A DNA stretch of 64,000 bases, taken from Rhodosorus marinus CCMP1338 (lineage: Eukaryota > Plantae > Rhodophyta). Numbering within the stretch: position 1 is the first letter of the stretch; each line of letters starts with the position of its first letter. Shown here in pieces: positions 47,447 through 58,579 of the stretch. The notes under the pieces are model-generated. The model ran no database searches, was not told the origin of the DNA, and saw nothing but the letters and a program-made list of their open reading frames with translations. Both the position numbers and the translations under genes were made by a program. The DNA is taken from contig JAMWBK010000001.1 in NCBI GenBank assembly GCA_029953675.1, forward strand, positions 3,720,001-3,784,000, given 5' to 3'.

Positions 47447-48099
47447 GTAACCGAGACTATATATATATATGTAGGGCCTAGCTTTGCTTAGATCTTGAGA
47501 CCTAGAATTGAGTAAAGACAAGCTGGTTCGAAGAGTTCTGACAAAACTGTGTTGACGAGGACGGTGACGAGTGGAAGACGTAGCACCCAACAGAATGCCC
47601 ATCAATCTTCCACTGACATATGAAGTTTCAACAAGTCCAGCGTCCTTCGCTTAAGCCCGTTCGTGAGGCAAACCGACAAGTTCACCGACAAGTTCACCGA
47701 CAAGTTCGCCGACAGATCGAATGTGTTGCATGGTGATGACTTCGGCTTGGACGAGATGGAGGCAGTCTATATACCTCACGTGCATGTGAGGTCCACGCTT
47801 AATGGAGGTTTTTCGCTGGACCCACAACAGAGCTGCTTGATTGGCTACATTCGGTGTGGTAGGTGAAACCCGGGCATATGTGCAGACCGCAGACTATGGT
47901 GCAGAGCCATATGATGTCTCTTAAGGCTTCATGAAGAGCCAGAAACTCAGCCACACGGGTTGAAGTTGCGTTCAGTCTGGCGCTGCATTGCTGGACAGCT
48001 TTGGAGGTCGGTCTGGGAGTGGACGTGCTCGAAGTCGCATACGCAGATGAGGTACTGTACTTGAAAGCATTAAGGGTTGACTACCAATCAACTAGGCTC

Positions 48100-50098
48100 C
48101 AGTTCGAAAAGATGTACTTCTCTGTCAGGTACCGAGCAGGAGCATGTCGCACGTGTCTACGGAGGAGTACATGTGCAGCTTCCGTTAGATTCATCAAAAG
48201 CGGTAACCTAGTCATGGAGTGGAAGGGAAAACACAGCGGGGCGATCGATCATGTCAATAGCAGCTAAGAAGAACAAATGCAGCTGCTCAAAATGGAATTG
48301 GAATATTGAGGAAGTCTTGCGGGCTATGGAAACGCGACAACGTACCAGCATTTGGGCAGGACAAATTGGCCATTCAGATTGGAGGACGCAGATATTGTTC
48401 TCGTCAATGCATTTTTCTTCCTCATCTAGGCAACAAACGCAGACTTCATTATCCGCTGAGGTTCTGGACACGAAGCCAGTCTAGAGGACGGGTTTACGTC
48501 AACCGACAGGTCATAAACCCACCCACCCCAACAGATAAGGTGAAGAAAGTAGAGAAACGCGTGTCAGAGACTTTTTGTCACCTGTAGTGACCAGTTTTCC
48601 ACTCTAGTGCTTACACCGCACGTAGTGTTACGAGGGACGCACTCGAAGCCGCCGGGTGAGTTTCGGCATGTGTCTGGCGCGCACTCCGGCCGACAAATGC
48701 AGTCTCCATTAAACTCTGACCTGAGAGGAATCTGCCATCGAGAATCCGGGAGATAGCAGAGCCACACCGACACATTCAGCTCCTTGGCCGATCACGATCA
48801 TTTTTGGGTCACAGCGTTCGATCAATACTCACCGCCCCGGGATTGCATGCTACCTCGCTCAGAAACAAGCACTCGCCGGTCGCTTCTCTGCTGCACGTAA
48901 GCTCATCGCTACAAGCGCATTTGCAGATTTTGTCTGAATCATCGATATCAGGAACCTGATTTTGGTCGGTCGAATTGGTTAGACGAAAGATGTTAAGAAC
49001 ATGGGGGGGGGGAGGCTCTTCGTAGCTAGATGAAGATGTAGTCAAAGGACTCGATTCTCAAGCACGGGTGGACTAATCCCCAAGGGAACTGACACGAAGG
49101 GAATTGACTGTTGAAAATATCCACTCTACGCTCACCTCGGCACCTTCACATTCAAAAAAGTCTCCGAATTCGAAAGGGGAAATGCACCGATTCCCTTCAA
49201 AAATGCATGTACCCTCGCCCCCACAACAAGAGCAGAAGTTATCTGAAAGTGAGTCGGGATATGCTACCTGTACGAAGTTGTTGGAAAGCAAAATAAGTCA
49301 GCTGATACTCCATGTTCACTGTAGTCATCAATGAACCTTCCGCTGCGAAGAAAGTGCCGTTCGGATCACATCGAGTGCAGGCAGAACCAGGGGAATGAAG
49401 GACAACCAAGCACATGCGATTCATTGCAACTTACTGGGAACCCCGCCATGCATTCAAAAGTATTAGTTGGAATACAAACTCCGCCCAATATGCGGCACTC
49501 GTTCTCTGAGCATTCCGGGCAGGAAATTTCAACGTCACAAGAAGTAGTGTCGTCGCTGTCCCGCGTCGTGCATTTATTGTCATCCTCCTCAGGGCTCAGA
49601 AAGGCTCGAATTATTTTTGCGTCAGGATCGCCTATGGGAGTAACTACTGCGTACGCGACTAACCCGATGGTTTCTCCGCAGCATTCGCTCTCTCCGGTCA
49701 TTTCATCCGGGCATACAAGAAGTCTCGCTACGGTGACTACGTCCGTGATGTTGTTCTTCTCCTTCCACCCATCGATGTTTCTGCGGGAGGTAAATCGAGC
49801 CTGCTCGGTGGGGGGGCTCGTTGAAATGTGCTCCCGCTCTGAGCAGGTTCAACTGGAATCCATCATCAGCCCTGAACTTGGCTCTGATACAGCTCGGATT
49901 AAACCCGGGTTCGTTCCTCGGACTTGTCTTGGTGTCCACGCATAATTCGCCGAATCGGTCCCCGGTGTTGTCTAGCAGAGGCCTACAGAACTCTGAAAAC
50001 TCGAGCGCTCCAGCTTTTGTGTCATCCAAACAAGTCTGAGATTGAGCGAGACCAAGAACCACCACGAACACGAACAGCACGAAGTCGTAGGATCCCAT
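48100..50098 (-). CDS. Secreted cysteine-rich multi-exon protein (3' end uncertain)
   Basis: Signal peptide FVLFVFVVVLGLAQSQ. Removing one C from runs at about 49810 and 49390 joins 49703-50098, 49366-49701 and the next piece. Probable short introns (CTGAC..TACAG, GTGAGC); repeated CxC/CC modules. Confidence 0.7.
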
Positions 50099-50665
50099 TA
50101 CTTCTTTTTACTCTCTAAACGCTCTAGTGACAATGTTTTCCTCATCTCTCTCGTCCAAGCCTGCCTTGCTTGTCTCCCCTACCAACTCGACCTAGAGCTT
50201 TGCCGACAAGTTTTTCTTGTGTGAGATTCTTATGTCCAATCTCTGGTTCAAGGGAGAATCATATATATACCCAAACGCTAGTGTTCACTTTCTTTTACTT
50301 GAGTTGTTTTCTTCCAAATCAATAAGGAGGGCACACCAGAGCGGTGGCCAAGAATGCATCGTTGTGATGTGGGGTAGCCTCCAACACCCGCCACACCCCT
50401 GCACACCCAAAAGGTTCACCCTGACATTTAGCAAACGAGCGTAGATTTCATAGCGATAATGGACAGATTAGCCCAACTGATGATCAAGTTGCGCAACAGT
50501 GCAAAGGCTGGACCCCCCCCACCCTTTTCACGTCCTCAATCTGGACGGGTTGCCACACCGTGGACAGTTGAAGTTTGATGTGGAAATTCTTCCCTAACGA
50601 AGATAAACAGTGCGATGGCTAGGCTCGTAGGATATTGAATCAGTTGGTTGCAAACCATCTCTACT

Positions 50666-50687
50666 GGACTTTGCTAGCCTGAAGCGC
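50666..50687 (-). mobile_element. 22-nt family A tail-only insertion
   Basis: ggactttgctagcctgaagcgc flanked by CTCTACT at 50659-50665 and 50688-50694. Confidence 0.7.
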
Positions 50688-51140
50688 CTCTACTAGCCTG
50701 TATTTTTTGTTGATAGCATATGACAGCCTGTCACCCGGTTCTTTCCCCCCCCAAAAAGCTTGAGGATAGACTATTAAAAACATTAAAAGCCATTACTTAT
50801 TATTATTTCAGTTCGATTGAGAGAATCATATACTCCATTAAATAAACGAATTCATAATATTTTATATTAATTACCGAAATAATGACCCGTATAGTTTAAA
50901 TATTTATTTTAGACAGTTTTCTGTTGTTATGAATTGTAATAGATTAGTCGATTTCTGCGAGAAGATTTTTTTTCTCGAACCGCTGGAGTTCGCCAAATCT
51001 CCGGTGCTTTTGTTCTCCCCAGAGTGGAAGAACAGGGGAGGGTTTAAGATCATTACGTTATTCCCATATTGAATGAATTTCTAGTGGTTTCTGGTTCTCC
51101 CCTCAGCGGAATTTGTTGTTAGGACCCAAGTTGCTATAAA

Positions 51141-51379
51141 GACCTCCCCTGTGGCGAGCCAATCAAAGGTGAATAAGGAATCTGTCGACGCGTTAGGGAA
51201 CTCTCCCAGGGGGTTTGGTAGTTCCGTTCTACCCTTGGCACTATCGTGATTGCACTAATTCCTAACGAACTCCCTAGTGGCGAGCCAATCAAAGGTGAAT
51301 GAGAATCTATCGATGCGTTTTGGAACCCTCCCAGGGAGTTAGTTTGGTGGTTTCGTTCTACCCTTGGTACTATCGTGAA
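51141..51379. repeat. Two tandem units with about 127-bp period
   Basis: gtggcgagccaatcaaaggtgaat at 51151 and 51278; cgttctacccttgg.actatcgtga occurs twice. Confidence 0.85.
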
Positions 51380-51498
51380 GTTGAAGCAGAAGCAGGCATT
51401 GTCTATGCCGGTATTGTCAATGCAGTGGAAGGAGTTGTCCAAAAACCCCTCGGGTTTTTGGACTCCCACAGGGAGGCGTACCCCATAGAAATACGAGT

Positions 51499-51570
51499 GC
51501 CAAAAAGTGTCAAAAAGTGTAAAAGGTGCAAAAAGTGTAGAAAGTGTAAAAAAGTGTAAAAGGTGCAAAC
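51499..51570. repeat. A-rich 9-10-mer array (AAAAAGTGT-like)
   Basis: About seven units; a similar array (AAAAAGYGAT) lies at about 56476-56560. Confidence 0.8.
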
Positions 51571-51780
51571 ATTATAAACTGAGCAAAATGCTTTAAGAAA
51601 AGCTCAGAAACCACTCGTCTGTAGCAGGTTCAGCGCGAGAGTCTGAGGACAATGACCTACACGAACTACATGAGGTCTCGCGCTCTTGGGAACCCCTGAA
51701 TATCTTATCTATTCTGAACAGGGTTTTGGAGTGTTTTTGGGATAATGTCTGTACATAAATGGATGATTCTAGGGTCAGTC

Positions 51781-54700
51781 TGAAGGAACCAAGTGACAGC
51801 CTGTCTCCAAATGAAGAACCTTAACTGATTAGATTTAGGAAACGTTTTGGCATTTGCTCAGCCGATGAAAAGGGTAGAAAAATACCGTAGATACGACTTC
51901 TATATTGGTTTAGAGGGAGAGCTGAAGGACACAACACGGTTCAATGGGGAATAGATTTAACGCTTGTAGTCTAGAGCTAGACTAATTAATGGAACGAGCT
52001 TTATTCCTTTGAGAAAAGAAAGTGTGGTGGTATTTGGACCTAGGGTCCAATAGTTTGGTCTCATAGCGAGTGTAGCGATTGCTGAGTGCCCTGTTTGGAA
52101 AAGAGCAATGGAGCAGAACCCCGCGCTCACTCAGGTTCTTCTGGCGATTGGACGAGTCCTAGACAGGTAAGAACAGGCGGCGACGAATGACCCGGGCCTT
52201 TCTATCACGACAAGACCGGTCGAGACCCTTGCTGAAACTTTACCCTGAGTTCACTGGTGAAGGGACAGGGAACGTTGAGGACTACATTGCTGAATTCAAC
52301 CATGTCATCAAAGCCTACAAAGTTCCCGAGGCAAGGGAGCTTCAAGAGTCCACCCGTGGGCTGACAAGGTGAGCAGCTGCTTGGTTCTCTCGTCTGGAAG
52401 ACGATAGGAAGAACGACTGGCATACCCTGCAAATCGCATTCAGGGAAAAGTATGCCGCCCAAACCGTACGTGAGCGTTAGCAAATAGGATAACTAGTATG
52501 GAGTCTCGCGAGGGGCGAACGATCCGCGAATATGTAAATACGTTTGAACGAACCCTCGATGAACTTCTTAAGTATGTTCTGGATTGCATTAAAATCTGAC
52601 ATGCAATCCCAGATGTTATGATAGTGGCGATCTTCTTGAAAGGGCTGACACCACCCGCCCAAGTCTACGTAGCGTCGACTAGACCTGCTACTATCGAAGA
52701 CACAATATACGCGGCCCTGACAATTCCTGACGAAAAATTCCTAGGAAAATTCCAGGAAAGTTGGAGGACCAAGCCACGAAGCTCGAAGCACCGTTCAGCA
52801 ACAACCAGATTCACCGAGATTCCCGCATCTGGTGATACAGAACGGTGAGGAGCCAGACCAGAATGAGGTTCCCGAAATCAAACAGTAGTAAGAGATCGAC
52901 CGTGGCAACAGTGCGGGCCAGCTCTTCCGAACATGTGGAAGACGCCGCCATTGCACAAGTGATTTCGGAGTACGAGACGTACTCGCAAGGCCTTCAAGAC
53001 AGTGCAATCCGACAGCTTCGACTACATGCACGAATAGCAGGACAACAGGTGGAAGCCCTGGTCGACGCAGGAGCAATGGTCAATCTCCTCGACCCCACTG
53101 TACAGCAAGAAGCGGGGTTGAACGAGGAAACCAAGCGGAAGAGATTATCGTCCGTATTCGGGGACGACCGCGAAGTTTCCGTGGTAAACGCTGTGAAGAT
53201 CGAATGCCACCCGAAGTGGGCGAGCACGACGTGTTTCCACATTACGCCACTGGGTGGGGCGAGGGCGATCTTGGGATTGCCGTGGCTAACAGCGAACCAG
53301 GCGGTGGTACATGCAGCACCACGAATGGAAAGCGTCTACACCCCGGACGTAGGTGATCTAGTCCTACGCTGCAACAACGGGGTGAAAAACGTGGAGGACT
53401 ACGCACAAGTCGCACTAGTTGGGCGAAAATAGCTCACGAAGAAGACGACTCCCTGGCATTCTTCAGGTACGAAACTGGATCAGGAAATGCGTGAAGCGTA
53501 TCCAGATGTCATCCAAAAAATTGGTGGGGTTGCCACCGCGAAGGGAGGTAGAAGCCGAGCTAGGCACGGGAGATGCTGAGCCAGTGTTTCGGAGTCCATA
53601 TAGACTCTCTGGCTCGAGAGGAAAGAACTATCAAGCCAGCTGGATGAGCTACTTCGGCTTGGTTTCATCCAACCATTGGAGAGCTCGGTGGCGCACCTGT
53701 TTTCTTCGTGAAGAAGAAAACCGGGGAACTCCGGCTGTGCGTGGACTGCCGAGGACTGAACCGGGTTACCAAGCGATTAAGCTATCCGTTACCGAGAATT
53801 GACGACCTAGTCGACCAATTAGGAGAGGGCGGAGTCTTCTCCAAGCTCAACCTACGAAGTGGCTACCACCAGCTGAGTATATCGGAAAAGGAATGTGCCG
53901 AAGACGGCTTTCGTCTCGGAGTTCGGACACTTTGAGTGCAGGGTGGCACCATTTGGACTGACATCTCTACCCGCTTACTTCAGTAAGCTGCTGACAGAGA
54001 TACTCCGGAAGTGGATGGGAAAGTATGTCGTAGTCTATTTAGATGACATACTGATAAATTCGCCAGATGAAGAAAGTCGTCGACATGACGTTCGTAACGT
54101 GATGAGCGGACTACAGAGGGCAATGCTCATTGTGCACCCAGAGAAATCGTCTTTTGGGATGACGGAGGTGGAATATCTAGGCTTCAAGATCTCAGAAGGC
54201 ACCATCTGCATCGACAACGCCAAGGTAGCTGCCGTGAGGAAACTCAAACTTCCGAGTACGATAAAAGGGGTAAGGTCCATTATGGGGTTGATCGCTTACT
54301 TTCGTCGCTTTATCCGCGATTTCTCAAGTATAGCAGCACCGTTAACGGACCTCCTGAAACAAGGACGCCCCTTCTTGATGACGCCGACGCCGTATCAGCC
54401 TTCCAGAACCTGAGGATGCTAGTGACGTCGGGACCGGTGCTAGCCTACCGCACCTAGACGGTCAAAACTATGAAGTGACTACGGACGCGTCAGGCATAGG
54501 CATTGGCTGTATGCTAACCCAACCAGGCGATAGTGTTCGAATCGAGCAAACTCACTGGAGCAGAGCGGAGATACAGTACCCACGAACGAGAAATGTTTGC
54601 GGTGGTATGCCGTGTTGAAAGGTGGCGACACTACGTCGGGGGGACTAAATTCGCCACCTTCGTAGACAACAGCGTTCTCACCTATCTCCAGACGATGTGC

Positions 54701-56464
54701 AACCCGTGGAGGAGGATGACGCGGTACTTCGAGAAAACAGCCAAGTTTGACTATGAAATCAAACACTTACCCGGCCGAATGAACTTCGTAGCAGATGCCC
54801 TATCGAGACAAGATATGGGAGAAGATCTCGAGGTGGGCAGTAGTCACGACGGAGTGTTGGTTGAAGGATTATGCTAGCCAAAGACAAGAATTCAACAAGT
54901 TGCCTGAGGCAGAGAATAGATTGGTCCAAGAGGAAATGGAAGGAGTCGTCCCGGACGAAGCAACCGGAATCCTGTATTGGGAAGCTGAGGGAATACGTAC
55001 CCACTGGCTAGCGCCGGAGGATCACAACGATCTACTGGCGGACGCCCATAAAGCACTAGGACATCGGTCCGCCCGCGCGCTATACGAACAGCTGAGGTCC
55101 CGATGTTACTGGAGAACCTTGAGGAAAGAGGCGGGAAGCAGTCCGAAAGTGTGCGGGTGATCAACTGCACCAGATACCGGCTCCCCAAAGGAGGTTGGCG
55201 CCAAAACACCCACTGCCGACGGAGGCCTTGTTTTTTAGGTGGCATATCGACTTCATATGGCGATTGCCGACGACGCCACGAGGGAACAGATGGATTCCCA
55301 TAGCTGTGGAAAGCCTCAGTCGCTGGAGCCTAGTGAGGGTATTGTCTGAGGCAACCAAAGAGAACGTCGCGAAGTTCATTTATGAGGAAATAGTCTCAAC
55401 GTATGGAGCCCCGGTCCAGATAATGTCAGATCGTGGAGCTCAGTTCCGATCGGCGGTACTGGCGGAATACCTGAAGTTGTTGCCAACCAAGCAAGTATTC
55501 ACGTCCGCCTATCACCCACGGACTAACGCGACAGCCGAACGCTGGAATCGTACTTTCCAGGAAATCCTGGCGCAGTACACAGGAGGCATGGTTCGTAGGT
55601 GGGACCAGTTCGTTCCCCAAGCGAATGCTGCTATGCGTCTGACAGTCAATCGTAGCACAGCAAAGACCCCTTTCGAACTACTCTACGGAATTCCTGCGCG
55701 GATACCGGGTATAGATCACGCACCTCTTCTGTTCGATGCGAGCGAAGAGAATACGGCGGTTCGAGCTCGAGTTGAGGAGTTAACGGGCCCAGGGCGTATA
55801 CGCGAGGCGGAAAACCTCAGCGTAGAGGATGCGAAGACACAAAACGCCAGTACTATAATGCGCTGGTTACCCTGACCCGTTAGTAGTTGGTACCTGGGTG
55901 CTGGTGAGAACGAAACGAAAACGATGGGTCAGTCCCGATTTTTCGGACCCTTTAAGGTGACCGAGGTGATGATCTTCGACACTTACAGACTGGAACATCC
56001 AAAAGGCAAGCGAGAGCCTACCCTTGTTCACCGAGACCGACTACGCCGAGAACTACGGAGGGCGATGTTGCGAAGTGGTGGACCCCGCCTGCACGCCGAG
56101 AGTTAGCAGAATTAGTGGGCGATGAACTCAAGGATTCACCGACTACACAGGGCCAGTAAGTGGGAGAACAGGGGGGTATGAAAGAACCAAGTGACAGCCT
56201 GTATCTAAATGAAGAACTTTCTAGAAGCTAAACTGATTAGATTTAGCATTTGCTGGGCCGGAGAAACTGGTCGATAAATACCGTAGATACGACTTATTTA
56301 TTGGTTAGAGAAAGAGAAGAGAGGACACAACAAGGTTAAATGGGGAATAGATTTAACAAGTGTCGTCTAGAGCTAGACTAATTAAAGGAAGGAAGTTCAT
56401 TCCTTTGAGAAAAGAAAGTGTTGTGATATTGGGCATGGGGCCAAATAAGTCGACCTTAGATGCA
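51781..56464 (+). mobile_element. Ty3/gypsy element 2, decayed, with both LTRs
   Basis: Diverged LTRs start TGAA(G/A)GAACCAAGTGACAGCCTGT at 51781 and 56179; PPT gggagaacagggggg. Frameshifted gag, PR (LVDAGA), RT (APFGL, YLDD), RNase H (TDAS, DALSR), IN (WHIDF, SDRG, SAYHP, GPF). LTR right ends are approximate. Confidence 0.95.
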
Positions 56465-57189
56465 GTGATAAAAAGCCTAGAAAAAGAGCAAAAGAGTGTT
56501 GCATGTGATAAAAAGTGATAGAAAGCGACAAAAAGCGATAAAAATGGATAAAAATGTAAAATTCTGAATCGGATACAACACAAAATTGGAGTCCCCGCCC
56601 CTTGCAAAAACCTCTATTGATATCTTTCCGAGATCTCCACTCGCTTACTCCCCCCTGAACTACCCCTTTCAGCTCCCGAATTCTCATCAGAATTGTCGAT
56701 CAGTTTTCTACTCATTCGATTCAATCAGGTTTTTTGTTCTTATGGAAACTATTCGGTTCCCTGGTAACACGCGCAACAAGGTAACGAGAAAACATTTGTT
56801 TTTCAATACGAGGAGAACAGGGGAGAATTGAATGTTAGCCAGAATGCGACTGATGTGTACTTATCAAATGCTCACCTGATGCTGCACGTATTTGACCGAC
56901 TTCTCGTACAGAGGGGGGGGGAAGGGTCTTCCCGCGAGCGAGCTCGCTGCTGTGTCTTTGGGGCCGTATTTGCCCTGAGTAGCTTACGACCGTCCCAGGC
57001 TTTCCCCACTCACGCCGACGGATTTTTGAGATATGTACTTGTCTTTGACGCACTTGTACCTGGTGTACAATAGCCGGCTTGCCCTATAGCGCAGGGTTCG
57101 CCATACCTTTTGTGCCAAGCGTAAAAACCTGCTCAGAGTAGAAAAGATATTCAGGGGTTTTCAAAGCGTGGGAACTTCTTGTAGTTGAA

Positions 57190-58290
57190 ATAATTTGTTT
57201 AGTCGGAGACTGAAAGAAACAACCCTGAGGGGAAAACATAGACTATATGCGGCGAAGGTCGCGCGTCTCCGACATCGACGAATGGTTTAATCGGAGGCTG
57301 AAAGAAAAAACCCCGAGGGGAAAAAAAGACTAAGTGCGGCGAAGAACTCGCGCCTCCAACATCAAAGCGGCATTCATGCGCCACAGCAGGAAACTTAAGC
57401 GGGGAAACAACGATTGACGACGGTCAGGGCGTTCGCGGAACAACTCCCGAAGCCAGCGAGAACCAACAGAGTCCATGAACCCAAAGCACTCAATGATCAG
57501 GGGTACCAAGCGATGTGCTAGTGCCGAAGCACGAACACCAGGGGAAGACAAAGCCCCCGCGTATTTGATCTCTTTGCGGCGTCTCATACTGGCGGCGGCA
57601 GATCCACGGCGCACCACCACCACCACCAAAGCATGCGTTTATATGCCACAGCAAGAAACTTAAACGGGGTAAACAACGAGAACAGACGGTCACCGAACAA
57701 TTCCCGAAACCAACGAGAACCAACGGAATCCATAAACCCAAAGCACTCAATTACCAGAGGTCCAGGCGATAAGCTAGAGCCGAAGGACGAATGCATGGCG
57801 AAGAGAAAGCCCCCGCATATCTCAACTCAGAGGGGAAAAAAAGACTAAGAGCGCGAAGATCGCGCCCTTCCAACATCAAAGCATCGTTCATACGCCACAG
57901 CAAGAAACTTAAACGGGTAAACAACGAGGACAGATGGTCAGGGCGTTCGCGGAACAATTCCCGAAGCCAACGAGAACCAACGGAATCCATAAACCCAAAG
58001 CACTCATTGACCAGTGGTACCAGGCGATGAGCTAGAGCCGAAGGACGAATGCATTGGGAAGACAAGGCCCCCGCATACTTCAACTCTTTGCGACGTCTCA
58101 TACTGGCAGCGGCAAATCGACGGCGCTCTTCGCAGCCGGCAAATAACCACTAGCCTGAGGACTAGGAACAGCAAGATCAACGTACGTCCTACGACGGCTA
58201 TCACCACGGGTGACCACGAGGTCAGCCACTCGGCGCTCATCATTTTGGTAGTCTGCGACAGGCCGGGGATGTTTGCGCAGGTCATTGTCC
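57190..58290 (-). mobile_element. Stack of family B 3' ends of different ages
   Basis: Young B fragment about 57283-57612, with a (GGT)5 5' junction, sits inside an older B-type 3' end. The older element also has an internal tandem duplication of the YAGA.SS..SVGSRW segment. Confidence 0.85.
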
Positions 58291-58439
58291 TCACACCCCA
58301 GCTCTCAACCCTCTATAAGCAGTGGTTTCTAAGCTTTTCTTAGAACACTTTGCTGAGTTCATCGAGTTTTACACTTTTTAACACTAATTTACGCATTGTT
58401 GTACACTCGTGTTGTTTTATGTGGTACCTCTCCAAGTGG

Positions 58440-58575
58440 GAATGCCGCCTCCTTGCTTTGTCCACTCAGGATGAAGATACCACTGATTTTTTTTAGGCGC
58501 CCGCCTGCTTGCCGACTTGCCCTGCTGTGAATGTGCTGTGAAAAATGGCGCCCTGACTCGCAGACATACGAGGAT
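58440..58575 (+). mobile_element. Decayed B-type CCHC fragment
   Basis: Resembles CPLCSQ.ED..DF.AHLLA.CPAVKGA.TRRHTRI. Confidence 0.6.
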
Positions 58576-58579
58576 CCCC

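Noticed and set aside
47521-47570. GAAGAGTTCT(T)GACAA shared with the 39251 hairpin
   Set aside because: A match of this length is expected by chance in a 64-kb self-comparison.
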